DNA from: Gammaproteobacteria bacterium | GTDB taxonomy: Bacteria > Pseudomonadota > Gammaproteobacteria > Eutrophobiales > Eutrophobiaceae | Length of the DNA stretch: 64,000 nucleotides | Reading direction: 5' to 3' | Assembly (NCBI GenBank): GCA_965116585.1 | Contig: OZ220714.1 | Coordinates: 2,396,115 to 2,460,114 of the forward strand | Part shown: positions 41,720 to 53,249 of the stretch, one piece after another | How the letters are laid out: each line of letters starts with the position of its first letter | Numbering within the stretch: the first letter of the stretch is position 1 | Notes under the pieces: model-generated | Database searches by the model: none | What the model was told of the DNA's origin: nothing | What the model saw: the letters and a program-made list of their open reading frames with translations, nothing else | Program-made: the position numbers and the translations under genes

Positions 41720-42838
41720 ATGTCTGTGGGCAGTAATGTGAAATTCTTTATCCAGTCTGTTGTTCTCGGTTTGGCCGGCGCCTTTGTTCTGTTGTATTTC
41801 TTCCCCGGCCTGTATTCTTATCAGAATGGCGCGCTTGCCGGGCGTGGCGGGGAAGGTGTTGCTTCCTACAGCAAGGCGGTGACGGCAGTGGCGCCGGCGG
41901 TGGTGAACGTTTATGCCACACAGATCCACCGGCAGACTATCCACCCCCTGTTCCGGGATCCGTTATTCCGGCGGTTTTTCGGTCCCCGCGTGCCGAGTGA
42001 ACGGCGTGACAGCAATCTTGGTTCCGGCGTGATCATGGATGACCGGGGTTACCTGCTGACCAATGCCCACGTCATCAATAACGCTGATGAAATTCTCATT
42101 ACCCTGTATGACGGGCGCCAGTCGCGGGCGCAGGTGGTAGGTATAGACCCGGATACCGACCTTGCCGTACTTAAAACGAACCTGGGCGACCTGCATAGCG
42201 CACCGTATGGTGACACCGGCCGGATAAGGGTGGGAGACGTCGTCCTGGCCATAGGGAACCCCTATGATTTCGGCCAGACGGTTACCCAGGGCATTATCAG
42301 CGCGACGGGGCGTAACCGGGTGGGTATTACCACGTTTGAGAATTTCATCCAGACCGACGCCGATATCAATCCCGGCAACTCAGGCGGCGCGCTGGTCTCG
42401 GCAACGGGGGAACTGCTGGGCATTAATACCGCCATCATTTCCAGCAGTGGCGGCTCGCAGGGTATCGGTCTGGCCATACCGGTAGAACTGGCCCTGGATG
42501 TAATGCGTCAAATCATTGAACACGGACACGTGATCCGTGGCTGGATCGGTATCGAAGCCCAGATTATCTCGCAGGACATGATCGACACGATTGGGCTGGA
42601 TCAGGGCGGAGTGCTGATCGTGGCCGTGCTCAATGGAAGCCCTGCCGCTAACGCCGGGATTGTGCCCGGCGACATCATGATTAGTATCGATGGCCAGCCC
42701 CTGTACAACCCGCAGTATGCCATCAACCTGATCTCCCAGGTTAAACCGGGCACTGTAATCAAGGCAGAAATCCTGCGTGGATGGAACACAGGGACGGTTA
42801 CCCTGCAGGTTGCAGAACGTCCTTCCTTCAGACGCTGA
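41720..42838 (+). CDS. Do/HtrA-family serine endopeptidase, DegS/AlgW-like (one PDZ domain)
   Basis: N-terminal TM; trypsin-like domain GNSGGAL; single PDZ. ATG at 41720 chosen. Confidence 0.85.
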   Translation: MSVGSNVKFFIQSVVLGLAGAFVLLYFFPGLYSYQNGALAGRGGEGVASYSKAVTAVAPAVVNVYATQIHRQTIHPLFRDPLFRRFFGPRVPSERRDSNLGSGVIMDDRGYLLTNAHVINNADEILITLYDGRQSRAQVVGIDPDTDLAVLKTNLGDLHSAPYGDTGRIRVGDVVLAIGNPYDFGQTVTQGIISATGRNRVGITTFENFIQTDADINPGNSGGALVSATGELLGINTAIISSSGGSQGIGLAIPVELALDVMRQIIEHGHVIRGWIGIEAQIISQDMIDTIGLDQGGVLIVAVLNGSPAANAGIVPGDIMISIDGQPLYNPQYAINLISQVKPGTVIKAEILRGWNTGTVTLQVAERPSFRR

Positions 42839-42912
42839 ATGGTCTGTGACGCAGGTAATGACGAACGAAGGTATGGATAGACGGAGTAAAAGCAGGCAAT
42901 CTGTCGGAGTTT

Positions 42913-44313
42913 TTACTCTGCTCCCTGGATTCTCAGTGCCGCGGCGCGGGCGTGGGCGCTGAGCCCTTCCGCCTCGGCCAGGGTGGTGGCGGTTTCGGCA
43001 AGGCGGGAGGCGGATGCGGGGGTACATTCGATCAAGGACGTGCGCTTCTGGAAATCGTAGACTCCCAGCGGTGATGAGAACCTTGCCGTTCTGCCGGTGG
43101 GCAGGACGTGGTTCGGGCCGGCGCAGTAATCACCCAGCGCTTCCGCGGCAAAATGCCCGAGGAAGATGGCGCCGGCATGGCGAATGTGGGCAAGATAACT
43201 CTCCGGGTCCTGCACCGCGAGTTCCAGGTGCTCCGGCGCGAGCCGGTTGACGATGTCGCATAACTGATCTTGGTCTGCGGCCAGGATCAGGGCGCCGTTG
43301 TGTTCCAATGCTGAGCGAATAATGCCGGCGCGCGCCATCCCGCTCAGTTGGCGGTTGACGGCGGCTTCAACCTTTGCCGGCAGACTTGTGTCGGTGGTCA
43401 CCAGGATGGCCCGGGCATCCTCGTCGTGCTCGGCCTGGGCGAACATGTCCATGGCGATCCAGTCTGGATGCGCGCTGTCATCCGCCACCACCACGACCTC
43501 CGACGGGCCGGCGATCATGTCTATCCCGACCACACCGAACACCAGGCGCTTGGCCGCGGCCACGTAACGGTTGCCCGGCCCCACGATCTTGTCGACGGCC
43601 GGGACTGGCCCGGCGCCGTAGGCCAGTGCGGCTACCGCCTGCGCCCCACCAATGGAGAAGAACCGGTTTACCCCGGCTATGTGCGCCGCGGCCAGCACCA
43701 CGGGGTTGAGTCGGTTATCCGGCGCCGGCGCCACCATGATGATCTCCCCGACACCTGCCACCTGAGCGGGTATGGCGTTCATCAAAACGGATGAGGGATA
43801 AGCCGCCTTGCCGCCGGGTACGTAAATACCCACCCGGTCCAGGGGTGTGACACGTTGCCCCAGAGTGGAGCCGTCCTGGTCCTGGTAGCTCCAGGACTGT
43901 CCGATTTGATGCCGGTGATAGGCGCGGATGCGCGCTGCCGCGTCCTCCAGGGCCTGGCGCAAGTCCTGTGGCAGGGTTGACACGGCCTGCTCCAGTTGCG
44001 CTTCCGTTACTTCCAGGTCGCCGGGGCCGATGTTGCGGCGATCGAACCGGTTGGTGTATTCCACCAGGGCCGTGACGCCGTTTTCCCGGACGTCGTCAAG
44101 TATCGCCGAGACAGTCTCCGACAAGCCCGGGTCGAGGACTTCGTTGCCAGCCAGCAGTTGTGAGAAGCGGTTTTCAAAATCCGCATCTGTGCCGGACAAT
44201 CGGGCAATCCGGATTCCCGCTTGCGCAACAGTGGAGGTATTGGCCTGGTTCCCTGCTGGTGCAGGCGCGCCCACGCCGGCGCTTGAAACAACAGGCTGGT
44301 CGCTGTTGCTCAT
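42913..44313 (-). CDS. hisD: histidinol dehydrogenase
   Basis: ATG at 44313 overlaps the hisG stop (ATGA). Includes a low-complexity N-terminal ~30 aa ([19 protein letters not shown]) before the conserved IRIARL region, so the true start could be further downstream. Confidence 0.85.
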   Translation of the reverse strand: MSNSDQPVVSSAGVGAPAPAGNQANTSTVAQAGIRIARLSGTDADFENRFSQLLAGNEVLDPGLSETVSAILDDVRENGVTALVEYTNRFDRRNIGPGDLEVTEAQLEQAVSTLPQDLRQALEDAAARIRAYHRHQIGQSWSYQDQDGSTLGQRVTPLDRVGIYVPGGKAAYPSSVLMNAIPAQVAGVGEIIMVAPAPDNRLNPVVLAAAHIAGVNRFFSIGGAQAVAALAYGAGPVPAVDKIVGPGNRYVAAAKRLVFGVVGIDMIAGPSEVVVVADDSAHPDWIAMDMFAQAEHDEDARAILVTTDTSLPAKVEAAVNRQLSGMARAGIIRSALEHNGALILAADQDQLCDIVNRLAPEHLELAVQDPESYLAHIRHAGAIFLGHFAAEALGDYCAGPNHVLPTGRTARFSSPLGVYDFQKRTSLIECTPASASRLAETATTLAEAEGLSAHARAAALRIQGAE

Positions 44314-44960
44314 TCCCGTATGGCCGCGGCCAGGCGGTTTATGAACGGTTTGATTTGCTCCCGTTTCATCTTCATGGAGGCTTTGTTCACGATGAGGCGG
44401 GAACTGATATACGCGATGTTTTCGAGTGGCGCCAGGCCGTTTTCTTTCAGGGTGTTGCCGGTATCGACCAGATCGACTATCAGGTCCGACAGGCCCAGTA
44501 CGGGAGCCAGTTCCATGGAGCCGTATAACTTGATAATTTCCACCTGTTGCCCTTTTTCGGCAAAATAGTTGCGTGTTGTCGTGACGTACTTGGTGGCGAT
44601 GCGTAAGCGGCCCGATTGCGCCGGCGCGTTGTTGGGTCCGGCCAGCATCAGGCGGCAACGGCCTATTTTCAAATCCAGCGGTTCGTACAGGTTATCGCTC
44701 ACGCATTCCATCAGCACGTCCTTCCCGGCAATGCCGAGATCAGCGCCGCCGTTGAGCACGTATGTCGGCACATCGGTTGCCCGGATCACGATCAGCCGCA
44801 GCCCGGGCCGGTTGGTCTCAAACACGAGCTTGCGGGTGGCGCCGGGGTCATCCAGAGGTTGCACCCCGGCGCGCGCGAGCAGAGGCAGCGCCTCCTCCAG
44901 GATGCGCCCCTTGGAAACGGCAATGGTTATTCTGTCTTTGTCAGTCTGTTCCAATTCCAA
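44310..44960 (-). CDS. hisG: ATP phosphoribosyltransferase, short form
   Basis: 216 aa; TTG start at 44960. Confidence 0.85.
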   Translation of the reverse strand: MELEQTDKDRITIAVSKGRILEEALPLLARAGVQPLDDPGATRKLVFETNRPGLRLIVIRATDVPTYVLNGGADLGIAGKDVLMECVSDNLYEPLDLKIGRCRLMLAGPNNAPAQSGRLRIATKYVTTTRNYFAEKGQQVEIIKLYGSMELAPVLGLSDLIVDLVDTGNTLKENGLAPLENIAYISSRLIVNKASMKMKREQIKPFINRLAAAIRE

Positions 44961-44963
44961 ACA

Positions 44964-44990
44964 CCCAATTCCTAATTCTTAATTCGTAAT
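44964..44990. repeat. solo heptamer-array TIR (cccaattcctaattcttaattcgtaat), MITE-family fragment F
   Basis: Only one arm present. Lies in the 35-bp gap between the murA stop and the hisG start. Confidence 0.5.
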
Positions 44991-44995
44991 ACCCC

Positions 44996-46258
<1,263 letters not shown>

Positions 46259-46264
46259 TCAAAA

Positions 46265-46522
46265 CTACGAAGATATGACTCGTAGTTGACTCTTTTTCTG
46301 CCATTCTTCCGGCGTGAAGGTTTGTATGGAGAGGGCGTGTATGTCGGTTCCCATTTTGTCCCCCAGAGCCCTGTACACCAGTTGGTGTTGCTGGACCATA
46401 TTTTTCCCCGCAAATTCGTCGCTGACGATGATCGCGGTGAAATGTGTGCCGTCACCGTCCATTTCGATCTCGCAATCCGGGACGCCGGCTTTGATCAGCG
46501 CGGCAATATCTTCGACCTGCAT
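46265..46522 (-). CDS. ibaG: BolA-family protein IbaG (YrbA)
   Basis: 85 aa; conserved position upstream of murA. Confidence 0.75.
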   Translation of the reverse strand: MQVEDIAALIKAGVPDCEIEMDGDGTHFTAIIVSDEFAGKNMVQQHQLVYRALGDKMGTDIHALSIQTFTPEEWQKKSQLRVISS

Positions 46523-46541
46523 GGTGTATCCTCTCTGCGTA

Positions 46542-47174
46542 TCAGGTTTCGTCAGTTACTAATGACTGTTCCAGCTTCTCGTTTTTGTCCACCAGTTTCT
46601 GTATCAGGGTTTCCAGGCCGTTGTTGCGAATCTCGGAGGCAAACGACTTCCGGTAGGTTTCCACCAAGCTTACGCCCTCGAAGGCGACATTGACTACTTT
46701 CCAACTGCCGTCGCTGACGTGCATGGTGTAATTCACGGGTGTGGCGGCGTCATCCGTGACGATCTCGGTCTTCACCATCACGATATTGGGTTTGGAACCC
46801 GTCAGGGTCTCCAGGTAATTCACCTTCTCGTTGGAGAAGCCCAGCACTGCCTTGGCATAGGTGCGCACCAGCAGGTTTTTGAATTCGGTAGTGAAGACTG
46901 TACGTTGTTCTGTGCTGGCTTCCTTCCAGTATTTACCCAGTATCCACCTGGACATATTGTTAAAATCGAATACGGGGATGATCAGGTCGTTGATCAGCTC
47001 ATAAACCGTTTCCGGTTGTGCATCCAGCATTTCCCGTTCCGCAGTGATACGCGCAATCACGTTATCCACGGTAGTGAGAATGACGTCTTCCGGTTTACCC
47101 GTATCTGTTGCCGCTATCACCGGCATCACTATGGGTAACAGAAATATCACTATAAAGCCGAGTTTCCGTTTCAT
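46542..47174 (-). CDS. mlaC: phospholipid-binding periplasmic protein MlaC (Ttg2D family)
   Basis: Signal peptide plus Tol/Ttg2 fold homology across 210 aa. Confidence 0.8.
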   Translation of the reverse strand: MKRKLGFIVIFLLPIVMPVIAATDTGKPEDVILTTVDNVIARITAEREMLDAQPETVYELINDLIIPVFDFNNMSRWILGKYWKEASTEQRTVFTTEFKNLLVRTYAKAVLGFSNEKVNYLETLTGSKPNIVMVKTEIVTDDAATPVNYTMHVSDGSWKVVNVAFEGVSLVETYRKSFASEIRNNGLETLIQKLVDKNEKLEQSLVTDET

Positions 47175-47253
47175 GGTTTGGTGTCTCCTGTTTTAATGGG
47201 TAAGGAAAGAGTCTATTCTAATTAGAACCTGGAAATTGAAAAAGGTTTTTTTG

Positions 47254-47331
47254 TCATAGCTGCGTAAATCTGCGTTATCTGCGGACAAATACCGAATCTT
47301 TCATCTGCGTAAATCTGCGTTATCTGCGGAC
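47254..47331. repeat. 47-bp-period tandem duplication (2 copies) with a perfect 27-bp core CTGCGTAAATCTGCGTTATCTGCGGAC
   Basis: Copy 2 (47305-47331) encodes the MMPL C-terminus ...SADNADLRR-stop. Copy 1 (47260-47286) is intergenic, upstream of mlaC. Confidence 0.8.
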
Positions 47332-49805
47332 GAGAACGGGCGGAACATCAGGATCAGCTTGGGCAGCAGGGTGAGGGCCGCCAGCAGGGCGATGAACATG
47401 GCGAATGCGGTGAGCAGGCCGAAGTAGATGGTCGGAATGAAATTGGACATCACCAGGATGGAAAAACCGATGATGATGGTAATCGCCGTATAGAACACTG
47501 CCCGGCCGATGTTGGCGTGGCAGTAGTAAAGTGTGGACGCGTAATCGGGTTTGTTCGGGTATTCCTCGCGGAAGCGGTAGATGTAATGGATGCTGTTATC
47601 CACAGCGATACCGATGGTGATGGCGGCGATGGTGATAGTCATCATGTCCAGGGGGATATCCAGGATACCCATGAGCCCCAGGATGATGCCGGCAGCCAGG
47701 ATATTCGGCAGGATACCGATGATGGCCAGTGACACGGAGCGGAACAGCACCAGCAGCATCAGGGCAATGCCCAGCATCACCACGCCCAGGGTTTCTATCT
47801 GGGAAGTGAACAGGCTTTGCAGCATGTTGTTATATAGCACCATCATGCCGCTGACCTGGAACTCGTCCTCGGCAAGCCCGAGTTCCGTGCGCAGGTCGGT
47901 GTTGATTGTTTCCAGGAACTGTTTACGGCGCAGGTCGGGCAGGGAGTCCAGGATCCGTATATTGATGCGGGCTTCGTTTTCCTCAATGGAGATGTACGGA
48001 TCGATCAGTTGCTCCTTTATCTCCTGCGGCAGTTTCTTGTTGATGACCGCCAGTTCAAACGCGTCGAACTCCTCACCTTCGTTCAGGTCTTCGGCCAGGC
48101 GCAGCACCGAGGCCAGTGACAGTACCTTGCCTATCTCCGGCCGGCTGTCCAGGTAATCGTGCACGGCCTTGATGCGATCCGTCTTGTATGAAGTAAACCA
48201 GGTGTCCGCCGGGTCCGCGGGTTCAGTATCGAAACCGCCGAACAGGTCGTCCAGGTCGGAAAATTCGTCGTCCTGTTCTTCTTCTTCCTCCCCGTATTCC
48301 CTGACCGGGTCAAATTTCAGGACCACGTCCATGGGCGCAGTGCCGCCCAGTTCATCATCGATCAGTTTCAGGCCCTGGTGTATTTCCGTGGAGTCGCTGA
48401 AATAATTGACGAAGCTGTTCTCGACCTTCAGCCGGGAGATACCGTAAAGACTGAGTGCCGCCAGCAGCAAGGCGATGACCACCACGCCGTTGCCGAACCT
48501 CTCGGTGATGCGCGCCAGGCCCGCGGTAAACGGCACCTCCTCCTTGCCGGGAGACGTGATCTTTTTGTCCAGGGATACCAGTATGGACGGAAACAGCAGG
48601 AATGACGTCATGAAGGTGACGCTGAGTCCCAGGGTCATCATCCAGCCGAAATCGATCACGGGCTTGATATCGCTGACTACCAGGGAGCCAAAGCCGATCA
48701 TGGTAGTCAACGCGGTGTACAGGCAGGGCAAGGTCATGCGCCGCACGGTATTGGACACCAGTTGCGCCTGGTCCTGCCCGGAGAAATCACGGCTCAGTTG
48801 CCGGTAACGCACGATCAGGTGTACGTTCATCGACATGGTGAGGATAAGCATCAGGGAAATGAAGTTGGACGATATTACCGTGACCGGCCAGCCGGTCAGG
48901 CCCAGCAGTCCCATCATGACGATCACCGCGAAGACGCAACTGCACAGGGGCAGCAGCACAAACCGGGCCTGGCGAAAGATAATCGACAACATGATCACCA
49001 GGAAGGCAAACACACCGGCGCCGAACACCAGCAGGTCGTTCTTGATGAAGGTGATCATGTCGTCCGCGATCATGGGAATGCCGCCCAGGTACAGGGTGCC
49101 CCGGTCCCGGTAGCGATCCATCACCGCACGGGTGGCAGCCACGGTTTCGTGATTGAGACGGGTGACCTCATCCTTGATTGACCCGTAGCGTTCCAGAATA
49201 TCCGCCAGTTCCTGCTGTTCCGCTGCGCTCAGGCCCCCGCTGTCCCGCTTGAGCAGCAGTTCGTTTCTCCTGTTCTGCGCATCGGCGAAGATCACCTTGT
49301 TTTTCAGGTTGACCTGCAACGCCGTGGTGCCGGCATCCTGGCTGATGATCAGGTCCACGAATACCGGGCTGGCCAGCAATTCTTCCCGCGCCCGCTGCCG
49401 GTCCACGTCCGGGTCTCCCAGGGTGCGATAGTTCGTGGCTACCTCTGCCAGTTTCCCGCCGACGATTTTTACCAGCGGCGCATCGATTAACGAGAACACC
49501 GAATCGACCCCTGCCAGTTGTTCCAGGTCGTCCCGTAACTGGCGGATAGTCTCCAGTGACGCCTCCGAAAACAGGTCTGCATGGGGCGTGAACGTCACCA
49601 CCAGGAACTCCCGGGTGGCATAGCGCTTGTTCACCTCACGCAAGGTACGCAAGTCCCGGTCGCTTTCCAGGATCAGGGTATCGGTGGAGGCATCCAGTTT
49701 GAAATCCCGGGCATGCCAGGCAAAAAAAGCAAATACGGCCAACAGCGCCGACAAGACCAGTCGGGGCCGGCTGAGAATATACTTGTCGTAGAAACTGGCG
49801 AGCAT
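47301..49805 (-). CDS. MMPL/RND-superfamily exporter (HpnN-like), two 6-TM bundles
   Basis: 834 aa; homology to hopanoid/lipid RND exporters. ATG at 49805 preferred over TTG at 49814. Confidence 0.8.
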   Translation of the reverse strand: MLASFYDKYILSRPRLVLSALLAVFAFFAWHARDFKLDASTDTLILESDRDLRTLREVNKRYATREFLVVTFTPHADLFSEASLETIRQLRDDLEQLAGVDSVFSLIDAPLVKIVGGKLAEVATNYRTLGDPDVDRQRAREELLASPVFVDLIISQDAGTTALQVNLKNKVIFADAQNRRNELLLKRDSGGLSAAEQQELADILERYGSIKDEVTRLNHETVAATRAVMDRYRDRGTLYLGGIPMIADDMITFIKNDLLVFGAGVFAFLVIMLSIIFRQARFVLLPLCSCVFAVIVMMGLLGLTGWPVTVISSNFISLMLILTMSMNVHLIVRYRQLSRDFSGQDQAQLVSNTVRRMTLPCLYTALTTMIGFGSLVVSDIKPVIDFGWMMTLGLSVTFMTSFLLFPSILVSLDKKITSPGKEEVPFTAGLARITERFGNGVVVIALLLAALSLYGISRLKVENSFVNYFSDSTEIHQGLKLIDDELGGTAPMDVVLKFDPVREYGEEEEEQDDEFSDLDDLFGGFDTEPADPADTWFTSYKTDRIKAVHDYLDSRPEIGKVLSLASVLRLAEDLNEGEEFDAFELAVINKKLPQEIKEQLIDPYISIEENEARINIRILDSLPDLRRKQFLETINTDLRTELGLAEDEFQVSGMMVLYNNMLQSLFTSQIETLGVVMLGIALMLLVLFRSVSLAIIGILPNILAAGIILGLMGILDIPLDMMTITIAAITIGIAVDNSIHYIYRFREEYPNKPDYASTLYYCHANIGRAVFYTAITIIIGFSILVMSNFIPTIYFGLLTAFAMFIALLAALTLLPKLILMFRPFSSADNADLRR

Positions 49806-49811
49806 GGTGAT

Positions 49812-49898
49812 CAATTACGAATTAGGAATTAAGAATTGGGAATGAACACACCTCGTGATGATATTTCAACCCCGGTTAATTCGTAATTCCTAATTCTC
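49812..49898. mobile_element. MITE-like element D (short, 87 bp), heptamer-array TIRs
   Basis: caattacgaattaggaattaagaattgggaatg ... aattcgtaattcctaattctc. Lies between the divergent MMPL and DUF4399 starts. Confidence 0.65.
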
Positions 49899-49948
49899 AA
49901 AAGCTGTCATGCTAAACTAGCAAACTGTCCACGTAAAGAGGCTTATCA

Positions 49949-50377
49949 ATGCATAAACTGATCTTCTTCATACTGGCTGCTTGCGCGTTGTCCGTTTCCG
50001 CCCAGCAGCGGACCCCGGCGCCTGAGAATGCCGAACTGTATTTTATCTCACTCGCTGACGGCGCGAGCGTGTCCAATCCGGTCAATGTCCGCTTCGGTCT
50101 CAGAAACATGGGAGTCGCTCCCGCCGGTATCAAGTACGACAACAGCGGCCACCATCACCTGCTGGTAAACACGGAATTGCCCTCCCTTGACTTTCCCATC
50201 ATTAACGATGAAAACCACCTGCACTTCGGTGGCGGTCAAACGGAAGTTAGCCTGGAACTTCCCCCGGGAGAGCACACCTTGCAACTCCTGCTGGGCGATT
50301 TTGCCCACATCCCCCACGCACCGGCCGTGATGTCGGAGCGTATTACGATAACGGTCAAGGGCGCCTCTAAAAATTAG
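49949..50377 (+). CDS. secreted DUF4399-family protein
   Basis: Signal peptide; HHHLL...HLHFGGGQTE motif region. The last 6 codons (KGASKN) lie inside the family-(iv) palindrome. Confidence 0.7.
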   Translation: MHKLIFFILAACALSVSAQQRTPAPENAELYFISLADGASVSNPVNVRFGLRNMGVAPAGIKYDNSGHHHLLVNTELPSLDFPIINDENHLHFGGGQTEVSLELPPGEHTLQLLLGDFAHIPHAPAVMSERITITVKGASKN

Positions 50378-50459
50378 AGGTTGTTTTAAAGGAACCTCTA
50401 ATAATGCCAGCATATCCCTATGCTGCACGGGCGCCTCTAATTTTTAGAGGCGCCCTTAA
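50353..50459. repeat. 107-bp element bounded by 24-bp inverted copies of AAGGGCGCCTCTAAAAATTAGAGG
   Basis: Left arm 50353-50376. Right arm 50436-50459 is a perfect reverse complement and itself a 12-bp-stem hairpin. Lies between convergent DUF4399 and purN. Confidence 0.75.
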
Positions 50460-50487
50460 GTAATACCGTGTCGCCGCCGGCGCCTTG

Positions 50488-51081
50488 TTATGGCAGCCGT
50501 ATCTCACCGCGGATGATGCCGTCGATGGTCTCCACGTAGAGTTCATGCTCCACCGCCAGCACGCGCCGAGCCAGGGTGTCAACAGTATCCGACTTTTCCA
50601 CCGCGACTTTTCGCTGCGCCAGCGCCGGGCCGTTGTCATAGATCGCGTCCACCACGTGCACGGTGGCGCCGCTGGTTGCGGCGCCCGCTGCCAGTACAGC
50701 CTCATGCACGCGCCGGCCGTACATACCCTGCCCGCCGTATTCCGGTAGCAGGCCAGGATGGATATTCAGGATATGGCCGGGGAACGTTGCCAGGGTAACC
50801 GGACCGATTTTCTTCATATAACCCGCCAGGAGCACCAGGTTCACGTCATGTTCGAGTAACACGTCGACGATTTCCCGGTCCAGGTCTTCCGGGTGCGGGT
50901 GGGTGCTTCCGCTCAGGTGGAACCGGGGAATGCGTTCATTGCGCGCCCGCTCCAGCGCCCCTGAGTCCCTGTTATTACTGATCACCACCGCAGGAGTCGC
51001 TGCCAGTCTGCCGGAACGGCAGGCATCGATAACGGCTTGCATGTTGCTGCCGTTGTGGGAGGCGAGAAAGCCGAGGTTCAT
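50488..51081 (-). CDS. purN: phosphoribosylglycinamide formyltransferase
   Basis: 197 aa formyl-transferase fold. Confidence 0.9.
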   Translation of the reverse strand: MNLGFLASHNGSNMQAVIDACRSGRLAATPAVVISNNRDSGALERARNERIPRFHLSGSTHPHPEDLDREIVDVLLEHDVNLVLLAGYMKKIGPVTLATFPGHILNIHPGLLPEYGGQGMYGRRVHEAVLAAGAATSGATVHVVDAIYDNGPALAQRKVAVEKSDTVDTLARRVLAVEHELYVETIDGIIRGEIRLP

Positions 51082-52223
51082 ACGCTAAATCCCAGGCTGG
51101 AGAATGTTGTACGCATTGTCTCATCCGCGCCGGACAGGCGCACCCGCAAATCGGGAAATTCCCGTCTGAAGGGATAATCCGCCCGTAACGACGTAAAAAA
51201 ATCGCTCCGGGCAGCAGGCTCCAGTGTACCCATTTCCCTGAGGGCTGCGCAGTCTGTACGCACGTCGTAACAGACCAGGGTCGCCGTCTTGATTGCCTCG
51301 ACAGGACTGCCGAACCCGGACAGGTGGAACGCGGGAGTTTCCCCCTTGACTATTCCTGCCCCCATTCCGTCTGTTGCCACCGGCGTAGCGCCGGCCCAGG
51401 TACAGACCTGTTCATAAATCATGCGTGTTGCATTCAGTTTTGCCCGGGCGCTGTAACCGGCGACGTGTGGGGTAGCCAGCACAGCCAGGCCGAGTAATTC
51501 AGCGTTGATATGCGGTTCGTCAGCCCAGACGTCCAGCGCCAGTTTACTTTGCGGGTTGCGCGCGGCAAACTCGATCAGGTCGCGCTCATTGACGACACCA
51601 CCTCTTGCGGTATTGATGAGTGTCACCGCGCTGCTGAGCCGGTCCAGAAAGGCCCGGTCAACCAGGTGTCTGGTTGGATATTCGCCACTCGTCGTCAGCG
51701 GGACATGCAGGCTGATGATGTCCGAGGATAACACGGGATCCAGGTCCCGGAAACTGAAACAGCCGTTTGCGTCTCTGAGGTACGGGTCATAAACCCGCGT
51801 CTTGACCCCGATCAATCGCAACAGTCTGCGTAACTGTCCGCCCACGTGACCGCAGCCGATGATGCCGACTGTTCTGCTTTCCAGGTTGAAGTCGTATTGC
51901 TCCGACAGCACAAACAGGCAACTCAATACGTACTCCGCAACCGAGCGTGCGTTGCAGCCTTTGGCAGCGAACAACGGAATGGCGCGGGCACGCAGGTAAT
52001 CCTGGTCCACGTGGTCGGTCCCGCTCGAAGCGCTGGCGACGCAGCGTACCCGGGCGCCGTCCAGCAGGTTTTGATCTACCCGGGAGACTGACCTGACTAC
52101 CAGGCAATCGGCATCTCGGACAGCAGCGCGGGTGAACCCGATGGCATCCGTCAGCTCCACGTCGCCCAGGCTTGAAAATAACTGTTTGACGTAGGGTATG
52201 GCCTGGTCGGCGAGGATTTTCAT
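51078..52223 (-). CDS. pdxB: erythronate-4-phosphate dehydrogenase
   Basis: D-2-hydroxyacid dehydrogenase fold plus PdxB C-terminal dimerisation domain. Confidence 0.85.
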   Translation of the reverse strand: MKILADQAIPYVKQLFSSLGDVELTDAIGFTRAAVRDADCLVVRSVSRVDQNLLDGARVRCVASASSGTDHVDQDYLRARAIPLFAAKGCNARSVAEYVLSCLFVLSEQYDFNLESRTVGIIGCGHVGGQLRRLLRLIGVKTRVYDPYLRDANGCFSFRDLDPVLSSDIISLHVPLTTSGEYPTRHLVDRAFLDRLSSAVTLINTARGGVVNERDLIEFAARNPQSKLALDVWADEPHINAELLGLAVLATPHVAGYSARAKLNATRMIYEQVCTWAGATPVATDGMGAGIVKGETPAFHLSGFGSPVEAIKTATLVCYDVRTDCAALREMGTLEPAARSDFFTSLRADYPFRREFPDLRVRLSGADETMRTTFSSLGFSV

Positions 52224-52279
52224 CCGGCAGCGCTAAGAGTTACAGCTTGAACAAGCCAGTGATAAACCTTACGACTGCT

Positions 52280-53194
52280 TCACTCCTCTTTCTCAACCGG
52301 CATCAAGTCCTGTTTGCTGATGCCCAGCGCCAGGGTGACCGGGCTGGCAACGTAGATGGAGGAATACGTGCCAATGACAACCCCGAAAATCAGCGCGGTT
52401 GAGAATGGGCGAATAAGTTCGCCCCCCAGGAAGAACAACGCGGTCAATACCAGCAAGGTGGTCAGGGAGGTGATCAAGGTGCGGGTCAGGGTCTGGTTCA
52501 ACGACGCGTTGATGACCTCTACCGGCGTGGCCTTGCGCACCCGGCGGAAATTCTCCCTGATACGGTCAAACACCACGATGGTGTCATTGAGTGAATAACC
52601 GATCACCGCCAGCAGCGCGGCCAGTACGGTCAGGTCGAAGTCCAGTTGCAGAACGGAAAAGAAACCGATGGTAATGATGACGTCATGCACCAGCGCGGCG
52701 ATGGCGCCCACGGAGAACCGGCGCTGGAAGCGAAATGCGACGTAAATAAAAATCATGATCAGCGCATAGATCAGCGCCAGGCCGCCATCCTCCTGCAGGT
52801 CCTCACCGACCTGCGGGCCGACAAACTCCACGCGCCGGATCTCGACGTCATGGCCGGATTGTTTCAGGACTGCAATGATATCGCTGCTGATGTCCGCGCT
52901 GTTCTTCCCTGCAACCTGCGCCACCCGGATCAGAATATCCCTGGCAGAACCGAAATACTGGACCGCGGCATCACTGAACTCGGTGGCGGCGAGCAGTGCC
53001 CGCACCTGTTCCAGTTCCACAGTTTGCTGGTAACCGACTTCCACCAGGGTGCCGCCCGTAAAGTCGATGCCGAAATTCAGTTGTTGTGTGACCAGTGAGA
53101 GCAGGGAAACGCTGAGTAACACGGCCGAAAAGACCGCCGCGACCTTGCGCTTGCCCATAAAATCGAAATTGAACCTTTGCGTCGGATTTTGCAT
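52280..53194 (-). CDS. secF: protein translocase subunit SecF
   Basis: 304 aa, 6 TM. Confidence 0.9.
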   Translation of the reverse strand: MQNPTQRFNFDFMGKRKVAAVFSAVLLSVSLLSLVTQQLNFGIDFTGGTLVEVGYQQTVELEQVRALLAATEFSDAAVQYFGSARDILIRVAQVAGKNSADISSDIIAVLKQSGHDVEIRRVEFVGPQVGEDLQEDGGLALIYALIMIFIYVAFRFQRRFSVGAIAALVHDVIITIGFFSVLQLDFDLTVLAALLAVIGYSLNDTIVVFDRIRENFRRVRKATPVEVINASLNQTLTRTLITSLTTLLVLTALFFLGGELIRPFSTALIFGVVIGTYSSIYVASPVTLALGISKQDLMPVEKEE

Positions 53195-53249
53195 GGTGTC
53201 AGTGTGTTGCTATGGCGTTTCCGGGGACGGACACATTCCGCATCCAATC

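Noticed and set aside
42913-44658. 581-aa ORF suggesting an unusually long HisD
   Set aside because: The extra N-terminal 115 aa overlap hisG in another frame and have no homology. ATG at 44313, overlapping the hisG stop (ATGA), gives a normal-length HisD.
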